NCBI GenBank assembly: GCA_913061235.1
Contig: CAJXTB010000025.1
Coordinates: 1-64,000, forward strand
Reading direction: 5' to 3'
DNA: 64,000 nt
Source of the DNA: an uncultured Pseudomonadota bacterium
GTDB taxonomy: Bacteria > Myxococcota_A > UBA796 > GCA-2862545
Below, piece by piece: positions 25,439-35,056 of the stretch. The notes under the pieces were generated by a model. That model was given only the letters and a program-made list of their open reading frames with translations, had not been told where the DNA came from and did no database searches. The stretch's first letter is position 1. Each line of letters opens with the position of its first letter. The position numbers and the translations under genes are program-made.

Positions 25439-26233
25439 CTACATGCGGGACTGCCACGCACGTAGGCGGCGATTGCCCTTGCTCAGCTCGCGGAAGACAT
25501 GACCTCGGAAGAGCATCCAGATGTGTACGAGGGCCAGCAAGAGCAGTCCCATCAATGGGGCTACAACTCCGCCACGTAGGCCATCTCTTAGGTAGATGGA
25601 CGCGATGTGCAAGACCTCGAGTCGCGGGCCGCTGTCTAGCCAAAGGCCAGCAAGAGCGTCTGGTGAGAGCGAGTAGTTTGCAATGGCGGCCCACCCGGCG
25701 AGCAATCCGAGAAAGGGCACCTGCATGACCAACCACTCGGGCCAGTTCTGGCTCATGAACTGCGCGGCGTCTTGCAGCGTGCCGAAACCCTCGCCACGTT
25801 CCTGGTAGACCACTTCTGGCGCTGGATTGACGATGACACCGGCCAGAACCACGAACAACCACGCCATGGGATGTGGGATGAAGTTGGACGCGATCTCGGC
25901 CATCCAGAAGAAGAACAGCGTGTAGATGAAGGGCATGAGCAGGTTGCCCGCGTGAAGGCGGAGGTGGCGGAACAGCGTGGAGCGCTTGGCTTGCACCCAC
26001 ATGTTGATGAGCGACAGGTACGTACTGACGAACAACGCCCCCGCAACAGAGCGACAGATTCCCGACATCAGTGACCTGGCACCCATTGGCTCGAGAAACA
26101 GCATCTCCACGGCGACCAAACACAGGGCGCCAGCCACCAAGACAGCGAGGGCCAGGAGGGTTCCGACAAAGCCCGACAGTGCGGACTTCGCAGCGTTGGT
26201 GTACAAAGTGAGTGCAGCGCGAAGTTGTGGCAT
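25439..26233 (-). CDS. hypothetical polytopic membrane protein
   Basis: About 6 hydrophobic helices (LLALAVLVAGALCLVAV, ALFVSTYLSLINMWV, FIYTLFFFWMAEIASNFI, LFVVLAGVIV, FLGLLAGWAAIANY, LMGLLLLALVHIWMLF). The ORF N-terminal extension to 26512 was rejected because it overlaps the divergent gene's start region. Confidence 0.5.
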   Translation of the reverse strand: MPQLRAALTLYTNAAKSALSGFVGTLLALAVLVAGALCLVAVEMLFLEPMGARSLMSGICRSVAGALFVSTYLSLINMWVQAKRSTLFRHLRLHAGNLLMPFIYTLFFFWMAEIASNFIPHPMAWLFVVLAGVIVNPAPEVVYQERGEGFGTLQDAAQFMSQNWPEWLVMQVPFLGLLAGWAAIANYSLSPDALAGLWLDSGPRLEVLHIASIYLRDGLRGGVVAPLMGLLLLALVHIWMLFRGHVFRELSKGNRRLRAWQSRM

Positions 26234-26333
26234 GGGAGCCTCTAACCAAACGGCTGCGCTTGGTGGATGATCGAGTCGTGGTCGCGGGTTGGCCGGACGA
26301 CGCAGGTTACTGGCTTGGCCTAGGAGAGATGCA

Positions 26334-26933
26334 ATGCGGTGGTTGTCGATGATGTTGTTGTGGCCGGCAATGGCACTTGCCGCGCTCCCGCCTCCCCCGG
26401 CACCGCTGGAGCTGACAGAAGATGAACAGTCGACGCTGTCCGATCGCGATGTTGCCATTCGGCTGGAGCAGAACGACACCGGCGGGCTCTCGGTCGGCAT
26501 CATCGAGGTCAATGCGACTCCGAGTCAGACCATGGACGCCATCTTGGACTTGCCGCCTCGCGTAGCCGAAACAGGCGCACTGAAGGAAGTGGAGGTCTAC
26601 AATCAGACTCCGGCCGCCGGCGGCAACCCCGAGACGATGGGCGCCAAGTTCTCGCTGCGGGTCATGGGGTCGAGCATTGTGTTCCATGTCGCATATGAAA
26701 TCGATCGCCCCGGCTTGTGGGCGGTTTCGGTGCTGGACGAGACGAAAGAGAACGACCTTGTCAGCGTCTACGCGAGCTACCAGGTGCTCGCGACCGAGAC
26801 CGGTAGTCGCATCATTTACCGTAGCCAGTCCGACTCCGGCCGTTCCATCCCTCGCTGGATTTCAACTTGGTTGGCGAACAATGCTTTGAAAGATCAGCTG
26901 ACTGGCATCCGCGCGCGTGCCGAAGGTACATGA
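26334..26933 (+). CDS. secreted hypothetical protein (possible SRPBCC/START-like fold)
   Basis: Signal peptide MRWLSMMLLWPAMALAAL. About 180-aa mature domain with no catalytic motif recognised. Confidence 0.45.
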   Translation: MRWLSMMLLWPAMALAALPPPPAPLELTEDEQSTLSDRDVAIRLEQNDTGGLSVGIIEVNATPSQTMDAILDLPPRVAETGALKEVEVYNQTPAAGGNPETMGAKFSLRVMGSSIVFHVAYEIDRPGLWAVSVLDETKENDLVSVYASYQVLATETGSRIIYRSQSDSGRSIPRWISTWLANNALKDQLTGIRARAEGT

Positions 26934-27036
26934 CCTTGGTGTGACACCCGCAGTGTCTGGCCGGGAAAGCTGCTTAGTGTCCGGTCAGTAAAATCTAGTG
27001 GGCGACGGGTGGTAAGGTCTCCGTCTTGGAGACAGC

Positions 27037-28479
27037 GTGAATCGCGCAGCGGGACCCTTCGAAATCTTGGAAGTGCTTGGTGAGGGCTCATTCGGTACCG
27101 TGTGTGTTGCACGGGTCACTGGTGATCCACTACGCCGTAAGGTAGCGCTGAAGATTCTGAAGGGGACCTACGCCCGCAATCAGAAGATTCTCAACCGCAC
27201 TCGTGATGAAGCTCGTCTTCTCTCACGCATCAGCCATCCGAACATCGTGCGCGTCGAACGCCTGATGGATGTGGGTGGACGCCCTGTCGTAGTGATGGAG
27301 CATGTGCAGGGCGTGTCGCTCGACCAGCTGCTGGCTCGTTTTAAGCAAGGCGTACCACCGGCCGTTGCGGTTGAAGCCACTCGTCAGTGCTGTCTGGCGC
27401 TTCACGTCGCCTACAACGAAGTCGCTGGTGAAGATGGCCGACCCCTTCGCGTCATTCACCGCGACATCAAGCCGTCCAACGTCATGCTCTCCATCCACGG
27501 TGAGCTGAAAGTCCTGGACTTTGGCATTGCCAAGGGTGAGTTCGAAGGCCGAGAAGCGGAGACTGAGTCTGTCGTTATGGGCTCGCGTCCGTACATGGCG
27601 CCCGAGCGGTTGGACGGTGTGTCCGACAGCCCATCGGTCGACGTCTACTCATCGGGAATGTCGCTGTTTGAGCTGTTGACGGGCCGGACCATGAGTCTGT
27701 CCATCAACCCGATCACGCATGACCAGGCGATGAACCGGCAGCTCAAGTTCATCTCGGTAGAGGGCATGAGTGCTACGGCGCTCGAAGACTTGCGCGGTGT
27801 GATTCGTCGGATGTGTGCGTATGACCGTGACCATCGGCCTTCGGCACATGACGCCTCGCGTCAGCTTGAACAGCTGATGTACGCGATTGATCCATCGCAC
27901 CGGATTCCGCTTGAAGAGTTCGCACGCACCGTTGTGCAGCCGCTGTACGAGAGCCGTCCACGGATACCGCCGGAAGAGGCCACCCGCGCGACAGAAGACG
28001 AAGAGTTCTTCCGCGAGGTGACCGGTCAGTTCAGTCAGAGCTCCTCCGGGACCAAGGTCGCCGACAGCTCCGTCAACTGGATCCCGTACGTGTTCGTCGG
28101 TGTGCTGGCGCTGTTGTTGCTGCTGTTTGGTGGCTTGGCCTTGCGGGTCATGCTCTCTCGGGGAGACGGTCCCGTCATGGTCGACCCGATCACCGCTCCG
28201 GAAGCCAGTGCGGATGGGAAAGTAGAAGTTCGCATCTGGATTCCGTCGGATGCTCAAGCTCAGGTCGCGGGTCAGTTTGTTCCGCAGGCAAGCAAGCTTC
28301 GGCTGTACGAAGGTCCCACACTCATGGAGCTGTACTTCGACGACAACTCCGAGTTGTCCTGCGAGTTCATGGCTACTGAGGGGGCGGCGGTTCGCTACGT
28401 GGGCGAACAAGCCATCTCGGTGAATGACGGCGCTGCGGTCGCATGTCGGGTCACCAGAGAGCCGAACGAAGCCGAATAG
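27037..28479 (+). CDS. eukaryotic-like Ser/Thr protein kinase with C-terminal TM helix and ~110-aa extracytoplasmic domain
   Basis: GEGSFGTVCVARV (Gly loop), VALKILK, HRDIKPSNVML, KVLDFGIAKG, PYMAPE. TM segment WIPYVFVGVLALLLLLFGGLALRV. GTG start preceded by GGAGA. Confidence 0.85.
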   Translation: MNRAAGPFEILEVLGEGSFGTVCVARVTGDPLRRKVALKILKGTYARNQKILNRTRDEARLLSRISHPNIVRVERLMDVGGRPVVVMEHVQGVSLDQLLARFKQGVPPAVAVEATRQCCLALHVAYNEVAGEDGRPLRVIHRDIKPSNVMLSIHGELKVLDFGIAKGEFEGREAETESVVMGSRPYMAPERLDGVSDSPSVDVYSSGMSLFELLTGRTMSLSINPITHDQAMNRQLKFISVEGMSATALEDLRGVIRRMCAYDRDHRPSAHDASRQLEQLMYAIDPSHRIPLEEFARTVVQPLYESRPRIPPEEATRATEDEEFFREVTGQFSQSSSGTKVADSSVNWIPYVFVGVLALLLLLFGGLALRVMLSRGDGPVMVDPITAPEASADGKVEVRIWIPSDAQAQVAGQFVPQASKLRLYEGPTLMELYFDDNSELSCEFMATEGAAVRYVGEQAISVNDGAAVACRVTREPNEAE

Positions 28480-28511
28480 CTTAGGGCGTCGCGTACGGAG
28501 AGACGCTGTCC

Positions 28512-29423
28512 ATGAGCATGATTGAGGTCCAAAACCTGACGCGCCGATTCGGTGCGCTCACGGCTGTTGACGACCTGAGTTTTTCGGTTGGGCAGGGCGA
28601 TATCGTCGGGTTCCTCGGTCCGAATGGCGCAGGCAAGAGCACCACGATGCGCATGTTGACGGGTTCGCTCGGTGCGACCAGCGGCTCAGTCACCATTGCC
28701 GGCCATGACATCGCCACGGATGCACGCGCCGTGCAGCGTATTGTTGGCTATCTCCCTGAGACACCGCCGCTGTACACCGACATGACGGTGCGAAGCTACC
28801 TACGCTTTTGTGCCAAGATTAAGAAGGCCAAGTCACCCAATCAAGCGGCAGACAATGTCATTGACCGGGTGGATCTAGGGGCAGTGGCTGGGCGTCTCAT
28901 CGGGCATTTGTCCAAGGGATTCCGGCAACGCGTGGGGGTGGCCCAGGCGCTTGTTCATGAGCCGAGGCTGCTCATCTTGGACGAGCCGACCAGTGGTCTT
29001 GACCCCAACCAGCGCGTGGAGATTCGTGCGCTCATTGCGGACCTAGCCAAGGGAGACGTGACGGTGGTGCTGTCCACGCACATTCTTCCAGAGGTCGAGG
29101 CGGTGTGCGGACGCGTCATCATTCTGCACCAGGGCAAGATTGTGGCCCAGGACACCCTCGCTGGGCTGTCTGGTGCTGATCAAGCCGTTCGTGTGGTCGT
29201 GGCTCGACCCTCTGATGACGTGGGTAGCGCACTCTCAGCGCTTCCGGGTGTACTGCAAGTGAAGGCGCTGGATGATGGCGCGTACCGTGTAGAAGCGAAC
29301 GACGATGTCCGTGAGGCTGTTGCTGCCTGTGTGGTGGGCTTTGGCCTGTTGGAGATGGGGCGCGACCAAGCGGGCCTCGAAGACGTCTTTATCAAACTCA
29401 CTCGTTCTGATCGGGGGGCCTAA
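28512..29423 (+). CDS. ABC transporter ATP-binding protein (GldA-like)
   Basis: Walker A GPNGAGKST, signature LSKGFRQRV, Walker B LLILDEPTSGLD, H-loop STHIL. Confidence 0.9.
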   Translation: MSMIEVQNLTRRFGALTAVDDLSFSVGQGDIVGFLGPNGAGKSTTMRMLTGSLGATSGSVTIAGHDIATDARAVQRIVGYLPETPPLYTDMTVRSYLRFCAKIKKAKSPNQAADNVIDRVDLGAVAGRLIGHLSKGFRQRVGVAQALVHEPRLLILDEPTSGLDPNQRVEIRALIADLAKGDVTVVLSTHILPEVEAVCGRVIILHQGKIVAQDTLAGLSGADQAVRVVVARPSDDVGSALSALPGVLQVKALDDGAYRVEANDDVREAVAACVVGFGLLEMGRDQAGLEDVFIKLTRSDRGA

Positions 29424-30172
29424 TGGCTGTGCTGACCATCGCCGCGCGCGAGTTCCGCGCAACGTTCAACAGCACCATTGGCTGGCTCGTATTGGCCGCG
29501 TTTCTGTTTCTCAACGGCGTGTTCTTCTTGATGTGGCTGACCTACTTTGCCGAAGCATCGGCTCAGTTTTCGGGCGGTGCCTACGGGGATGTTCAGCTGC
29601 TGTTGTCCGAACAGTTGTTCGCGCCCTTCTATGGAAACGTCGCGACCATCCTGTTGTTCATCTGTCCAGCGCTCTCCATGCGCATGTTCGCCGAAGAGCG
29701 CAGCCAGCGCACCTTGGAGCTGTTGCTGACCTCTCCCATTTCGACTGCCGAGATTGTTCTCGGCAAGTTCTTGGGGGCTTTGGGGTTCGTCACTGTCTTG
29801 CTTGCTGGCTTGCTGTATGGACCACTTTTGCTGTGGTGGTGGAGTACGCCGGACATCGGGGCGTTGGTGACTGGGAATCTGGCGTTGTTCTTGGTGGCTG
29901 CTTCCACCATTGCGATTGGCGCACTGTTCAGTTCCTTCACGGACAATCAGATCACCGCGCTCGTCGTGACAGTGTCCGTTTGTTTGGCGCTGTACATCAT
30001 TGGAGCCGTGGGAGACCAGGATTCGATTTGGGGTCAGATCAGCATCCTTAGTCATATTGATGACCTGTTCCTCGGTGGTATTCGCTTGTCGGACGTCAGC
30101 TACTTTGTCGGTTTGATCGGCGTGTTCCTTTTTGCTACCCACCAGAAGGTGGAAAGCTACCGGTGGTCCTGA
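29423..30172 (+). CDS. ABC-2 type transporter permease (GldF-like)
   Basis: Six hydrophobic helices. TAATG overlap with the ATPase gene. 249 aa. Confidence 0.8.
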   Translation: MAVLTIAAREFRATFNSTIGWLVLAAFLFLNGVFFLMWLTYFAEASAQFSGGAYGDVQLLLSEQLFAPFYGNVATILLFICPALSMRMFAEERSQRTLELLLTSPISTAEIVLGKFLGALGFVTVLLAGLLYGPLLLWWWSTPDIGALVTGNLALFLVAASTIAIGALFSSFTDNQITALVVTVSVCLALYIIGAVGDQDSIWGQISILSHIDDLFLGGIRLSDVSYFVGLIGVFLFATHQKVESYRWS

Positions 30173-31767
30173 TGCAGTTCATCTCGAAGTGGTCTTGGAT
30201 ATTCGCCGTTGTTGGCGCCTTTTTTGGCGCCATCGCTGTTGTGCTGTACATGGTGATCGGCGAGCTGGGCACGGTGGGCACGTTGTTGCTGGTCGCAGGC
30301 GGCTCGCTATTCATTGCCTGGGCGGTGTTCGACAAAGACAATGTGCAGGCTGGCTTGAGCACCAAGCAGTTCCGCTACGGGTCTGGCAGTGTGGTGGTCA
30401 CAGCGCTGGCCATTATGCTGGCCGTTGGTACGTTGGTGGTGACCACGCGGCATGACGTGTCTTGGGATTTGGGCCGGGCCGGACGCTTTTCGTTGTCGGA
30501 GATGAGTGCTCAGACCGCTCAGGGACTGCAAGAAGAAGTGAGTGTATTGGCCTTCTTTCCCGAAGGTTCGCTCGATGAACAGCTGTTCCGTCGTTTGATG
30601 GAGAGCTACCAAGGTGAGACAGATCTGCTGTCCGTAGATTTTGTCGACCCGGATTCGAGTCCGATTCTTGCCGCCGACAATGACATCACCAACGCCTACG
30701 GTACGGTGATTCTGCAGGCAGGAAACCGCAGCCAGCGAATGGAGAGTGAGTTCGGCGAAGAGTCGTTCACAAACACCCTGATTCGCTTGTTCTCAGCAGA
30801 GGACTACCGGCTGTGTTGGTCGACGGGACACTTGGAGATTGATCCAGACGATGACCAGACTGCAGGGGGGCTTGGCTTTGCGGTTCTCAAGCTTGAGGGC
30901 CGGAACTACTCGGTGACCAAGAGCTCGATTCTCACAGACGGAATCGATGCGGCCTGTGACGCGGTCATTGTGGCTGCACCGCAGCGCGACTGGGAAGTTG
31001 CCGAGCGCGAGGCGTTGGCCGAGTACATCGCGGGTGGTGGCAAGGCGCTGCTGATGATTGAGCCCCGCAGTGTGCCGGAACTCAGCGCGGATATTGAGCG
31101 CTACGGCGTGATCTTGGGCAACGACCTTGTGCAAGACCCGGAAGTGCGCGGTCAAGCGATCGACGTTGCCGACAAGGCCTTCGTCATTGTCCTACCCGAA
31201 GAGATGGCGCTTCACCCCATCACCGAACAGCTGAACGGTCCTGTGCTGCTCGGTGCCAGCCGAACCGTCGCCGCCGCTCGCGGTGTTCAAGGCTACGTGC
31301 TGCACGAGCTGATGATTGGCAGTGATGAGTCGTGGGGAGAGACGAACTTCGAGCGCAACCCTCTTGAAGACCCCCTCGCATGGCAGCCGAACCTCGACAC
31401 CGAGCGTGTTGGCAGTGTGCCGCTGATGGTCGCATCGATCATTGCCGACCCGTTGGTACTGGGCACGGTGAGCCCCGACATGGCGGGGGGTTTGGTGCCA
31501 GGCGGGGCCGTGGTCGTTGCCGGAACCGCAGACTTTGCACGCAATGACCTGTACGTGCGCGGCGCCAACCAAGACCTGTTCGAGAACATCATTGGCTGGT
31601 TGGTAGACGACGAAGCGCCGCTCGCTCCGGGTCCATCTGGCGAGGGTGACGAGCTGTACTTGGACTTCGTCCGACTCTCGATTGCCGTGCTCACCGCAGT
31701 CATCATCTTGCCAGGTCTGGCGGTACTACTGGCCATGATTGCTGCTGTGCGTCGCCGCTTCCAGTAG
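30172..31767 (+). CDS. GldG-like ABC-transporter auxiliary component (N- and C-terminal TM anchors, large periplasmic domain)
   Basis: TGATG overlap with the permease. TM helices at both ends (WIFAVVGAFFGAIAVVLYMVI ... SIAVLTAVIILPGLAVLLAMIAAV). The gene order ATPase-permease-GldG is the classical gldA/F/G arrangement. Confidence 0.65.
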   Translation: MQFISKWSWIFAVVGAFFGAIAVVLYMVIGELGTVGTLLLVAGGSLFIAWAVFDKDNVQAGLSTKQFRYGSGSVVVTALAIMLAVGTLVVTTRHDVSWDLGRAGRFSLSEMSAQTAQGLQEEVSVLAFFPEGSLDEQLFRRLMESYQGETDLLSVDFVDPDSSPILAADNDITNAYGTVILQAGNRSQRMESEFGEESFTNTLIRLFSAEDYRLCWSTGHLEIDPDDDQTAGGLGFAVLKLEGRNYSVTKSSILTDGIDAACDAVIVAAPQRDWEVAEREALAEYIAGGGKALLMIEPRSVPELSADIERYGVILGNDLVQDPEVRGQAIDVADKAFVIVLPEEMALHPITEQLNGPVLLGASRTVAAARGVQGYVLHELMIGSDESWGETNFERNPLEDPLAWQPNLDTERVGSVPLMVASIIADPLVLGTVSPDMAGGLVPGGAVVVAGTADFARNDLYVRGANQDLFENIIGWLVDDEAPLAPGPSGEGDELYLDFVRLSIAVLTAVIILPGLAVLLAMIAAVRRRFQ

Positions 31768-31787
31768 CTGTTTGGCAAACAACAACG

Positions 31788-31818
31788 GCCCGCTTCCGAG
31801 AGTCTCGGAAGCGGGCCG
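31788..31818. terminator. bidirectional intrinsic terminator hairpin between convergent gldG-like and SCP2 genes
   Basis: Perfect inverted repeat GGCCCGCTTCCGAGA / TCTCGGAAGCGGGCC (15 nt arms), located 21 nt after the gldG-like stop. Confidence 0.6.
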
Positions 31819-31854
31819 TATGTCGTTGCGGGCCACTAGGACCCGCTAGAGTCT

Positions 31855-32169
31855 CTAGGAGAGAATCTTCTGCAGCGACATGGCCAAGCCGATGTTGCTG
31901 ACCTTGAGCTTGCCCTGTGTGAACAGGATCATGCCGTTGGCTGGGTTGTCCAAGAGACCTTCGAAGTCGTCCTTGGCAATGGTTACGACGCAATCAGCTG
32001 CGTCGGCTGCGCCTTCAGCAACAACGCCGCCTTCGGTCTTGAGGTCGACAGTCCAGGTGCCGGCACCGTCGATATCGAACTGGTAGACCGATCCGATGGA
32101 CGAAAGGCTCGGGTTTTCCTTGAGCTTTCCGGGGAGGTAGTCGGTGAAGAATTCGTTGGTATCAGACAT
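31855..32169 (-). CDS. SCP2 sterol-carrier/lipid-transfer family protein
   Basis: 104 aa. MSDTNEFFTDYLPGKLKENP...GKLKVSNIGLAMSLQKIL matches SCP2 domain topology. The upstream in-frame extension was rejected. Confidence 0.7.
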   Translation of the reverse strand: MSDTNEFFTDYLPGKLKENPSLSSIGSVYQFDIDGAGTWTVDLKTEGGVVAEGAADAADCVVTIAKDDFEGLLDNPANGMILFTQGKLKVSNIGLAMSLQKILS

Positions 32170-32230
32170 GGGTTCTCCAATGTGGGGCGGCACCGTACCG
32201 GGTGAGACGACGCCGGGCAAGGATCGACCT

Positions 32231-33046
32231 TCAAGCCGCGGAAAGTAGCTCTAGGAACGGTTCAAGGTCCACGCGGTTGACGTGGAAGAGGCCAAGCTGG
32301 TGGCCATTCCATCCGTGCCAGTCGGAGCCGCCGGTGAGGACCAAGTTGTAGCGCTTCGCCATTTTCTTGAAGGTCTTCCTGTCTTTTCCGCTGACGCGTG
32401 GGCGATGTGCTTCGAGTCCCTGCAGGCCCGCATCCACAAAGGTCTTCAAGTACGTGCGCGCGTGCTGCATGGGTGGGTGGGCCCAAGACGTGATGCCACC
32501 ATGTGTCACAGCCATGCGGATGGCGTCTGTGAATGAAAAGGCGATGCTTGGCACAGCTTGTGTGTCGCGGAAGGTATTGAAGGCGTCGCGCAGGTGTGTC
32601 GCGTGTCCGGCCTCGACCATCGCTTGTGCCAGGTGCAGGCGGGTAAGCGAGCGTTCACCGGCCTTTGCAGCCTCATCTGGGCCTTCGAGACCCTCTAGGT
32701 CCAGCTGTTCGATGGCACCGGCGTAGCGGTCGGCACGGGCCTGCATTTGCCGGGTGCAGAAGGTGCGGAACTCTTCGGGGATTTCGCCGGGGAAGTACAC
32801 CAGCAGGTGAAACTCGTGGCCGTCATGGTGTCCGCTGATCTCAGCGGCCCCAATCACAAAGATGTCTCGCCCATCCACGGTGTGAACACCGGGAGAGACG
32901 GGTGCGACGAGGTCATGGTCGGTCAGAGCAATCACGTCTAGACCGGTAGCAGCACAGCGGGCCAAGACCTCTTCAGGGTCGTAGCGGCCGTCGGAACGGT
33001 TTGTGTGCATGTGCAGGTCGAAGCGGCGTGCAGCGTCGGGTGTCAT
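32231..33046 (-). CDS. PHP-domain metal-dependent phosphoesterase (TrpH/YciV-like)
   Basis: FDLHMHTNRSDGRYDPEEVL..VIALTDHD N-terminal His motifs. 271 aa. Confidence 0.8.
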   Translation of the reverse strand: MTPDAARRFDLHMHTNRSDGRYDPEEVLARCAATGLDVIALTDHDLVAPVSPGVHTVDGRDIFVIGAAEISGHHDGHEFHLLVYFPGEIPEEFRTFCTRQMQARADRYAGAIEQLDLEGLEGPDEAAKAGERSLTRLHLAQAMVEAGHATHLRDAFNTFRDTQAVPSIAFSFTDAIRMAVTHGGITSWAHPPMQHARTYLKTFVDAGLQGLEAHRPRVSGKDRKTFKKMAKRYNLVLTGGSDWHGWNGHQLGLFHVNRVDLEPFLELLSAA

Positions 33047-33095
33047 GGGGCCATCCGCGGGGGGGACGCGTCATAGTAGCGACAGGTCATGTGCG

Positions 33096-34631
33096 TCAAG
33101 GAATGACAGGTGTACTGACTGCAATCACCGCATCGGGACTTCGCGTTTGTATACGACGCTGTAGGTCCCGTAGAGCGGTCGGGGAACCATCGGCAGCTGC
33201 AACGAGCGCATCGAGGTCGGGAATGGACCCCTGTGACGACGCGACGAGAACGCCATCCCCCATGATGTGGGCTCGGTAGGTGCCATCTCCTACAGCTAGG
33301 GCGGCTTTGTCCGCGATGGTCTGCGATGCGAGCAGGACATCGAGCTCACCGTCTGACATGCGCACGATGGTCAACAGGTCGCTCTCATCCAGGTTCACTT
33401 CGGTCCAGATACCGCCGCGAGCCACGGTGAACTCGTGAGTCAGCGAGCTGGTGGCCGCACGTGCAGGACCGAACGCTTGCAGTCCAACCAAGACACACAT
33501 CACCGCCAACGCAGCGACGCCTGCCCACATAGGACGAGCACTTGGAGGAGGGGGGAGCGGGGCTGGCAGCTCGCCTAGACCACCGATGAGGCCCCAAGGT
33601 GCGGCTCGGACACGGCGCTCGCCACGGGCCAATAGTGGACCCAGAAGGCCGTGGCGTGACCAACGCATAGGACCGCGTAGAGCAATGGCGCGAATGTGTT
33701 CCCGGTTTGGCATACCGGCTTCAGACGCCAACAACAGGACCCGGTGGACCTCGTCTGGGTCATCGAGGTCTACGAGCAGTAGGTCGTCCCCAACGGGAAA
33801 GACGGGCACGGTGAACTCGGCCGCAAGGGCTCCACGGTGGCGGCGTCCGTCGGGGTGCAGGTGAATCGCGAGCACGTTTCCCTGGGTTCGTGGCCAAGGC
33901 ACGGGCGAAGCAAGAACCAAGTCGGCCACGCCCAATGTACCGGCGTTCGACAGTCGACGTGCCCGCCCACACACCACACACCGACGTGTGTGCTCGCGCT
34001 CTTTGCCGTCCAACACGCGGCGCATCTGTGGGCAGGGGCCCGCAGAGAACACAGCAATACGGGCCAGCAACGCGTCTAGTCGGTCATTGTCCCACTCGGT
34101 GGCCGGTACCCGGTCGCTGATCAGCACCTCTCGGAGTTGCTCGCGCAGCTCTAGTCGCGCGGCTTCGAGGGGCTTGCGGTCAGACTTGACGGCTTGGGCG
34201 AGCACAGCGAGTGGCCGAGCATTTCCGTAGTGTTCGCGCAGCACCAACTCGCCAGCCTGACTGCTGTTCGCCAGCATGCGGCGCCGCCAGCTCTTAGCAA
34301 TCGGCCGGTTCTCGTCTGCCGAGGGGGCAATGGGTGCCTGCCGCTTCGCTGTACGTACAAAAGCGTGGGTGATGGCAATGCATCGGTCCGCAGCTTCTGA
34401 CGGAGACGTGCTCGGGTCGAGGTGTAGCAGCGCGTGGTCGCGTGCATCACGTAGGACATCGGGGGTGATGCGAATGCCTTGGCACAGCAACGTCCAGGCG
34501 ACTTGTGACGTCAAAGCAGCCCAAGTCATGGATGGGACGGTGGGGGCTCGAGAGGCGTTGCCGTGCATCAACCCAAGCGCCGGAGCGTTGTTTAGGGTCG
34601 GTGATGGGGCGATGGGGTCTTGCCGTGTCAA
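33096..34631 (-). CDS. hypothetical single-pass membrane protein with large cytoplasmic domain (CxxC) and small periplasmic domain; regulator/anti-sigma-like architecture
   Basis: 511 aa. CVVCGRARR in the cytoplasmic part. TM segment MWAGVAALAVMCVLVGLQAF at about residue 360. About 130-aa C-terminal ectodomain. Confidence 0.45.
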   Translation of the reverse strand: MTRQDPIAPSPTLNNAPALGLMHGNASRAPTVPSMTWAALTSQVAWTLLCQGIRITPDVLRDARDHALLHLDPSTSPSEAADRCIAITHAFVRTAKRQAPIAPSADENRPIAKSWRRRMLANSSQAGELVLREHYGNARPLAVLAQAVKSDRKPLEAARLELREQLREVLISDRVPATEWDNDRLDALLARIAVFSAGPCPQMRRVLDGKEREHTRRCVVCGRARRLSNAGTLGVADLVLASPVPWPRTQGNVLAIHLHPDGRRHRGALAAEFTVPVFPVGDDLLLVDLDDPDEVHRVLLLASEAGMPNREHIRAIALRGPMRWSRHGLLGPLLARGERRVRAAPWGLIGGLGELPAPLPPPPSARPMWAGVAALAVMCVLVGLQAFGPARAATSSLTHEFTVARGGIWTEVNLDESDLLTIVRMSDGELDVLLASQTIADKAALAVGDGTYRAHIMGDGVLVASSQGSIPDLDALVAAADGSPTALRDLQRRIQTRSPDAVIAVSTPVIP

Positions 34632-34755
34632 GACAGCTCCTCTAAGTAACCTCAGGTGAGGAGCAACCTAGCAGGGAGCGCGCCACTTATCGAGACATTG
34701 TCCGAAATGTCTGACGCTCTATGCGTAGAGAATCGGACTGTCAGAGTCTCGTTGA

Positions 34756-34923
34756 CTACGCAGCGTTGGCCAAGGCCTCATCTTGTACGTAGGTCTCTTC
34801 GGTCAGCAAGTCGTTGATTGTTGCTGCTGCTGCGACACTTGCGACGTCTGGGTCGCCGTACAGGGCGAGGTATTCGTCGTAGAAGAGTGTGATGAGTTCG
34901 CCGATGTTCGTTTGCGTGGTCAT
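34756..34923 (-). CDS. small (55-aa) acidic protein, hypothetical
   Basis: Strong GGAGG RBS 7 nt upstream of the ATG. MTTQTNIGELITLFYDEYLALYGDPDVASVAAAATINDLLTEETYVQDEALANAA. No Cys. Sits directly upstream of the 511-aa membrane protein. Confidence 0.45.
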   Translation of the reverse strand: MTTQTNIGELITLFYDEYLALYGDPDVASVAAAATINDLLTEETYVQDEALANAA

Positions 34924-35056
34924 GAGGACCTCCAAGGGTGTGACAATGTGAATGCAGGCCGCGTGCCAAGTGAGATGCGATGCGTGTTGCGCGCGGCCAA
35001 CCACCTTCCTGTTGTGTAGTTACGCACCGTCTCTTCGTTTCCCGTGTCGGACGTTG

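Noticed and set aside
26234-26512. Upstream ~93 aa of the minus-strand ORF 25439..26512
   Set aside because: Low-complexity Ser/Gly/Pro-rich sequence overlapping the start region of the divergent secreted-protein gene. The hydrophobic protein begins convincingly at the internal Met (26233).
22942-29946. Other large antisense ORFs (22942..23556, 25380..26249, 27649..28410, 29420..30142)
   Set aside because: These are opposite the sulfatase, membrane protein, STK and ABC permease genes respectively. None has a start context or recognisable motifs.
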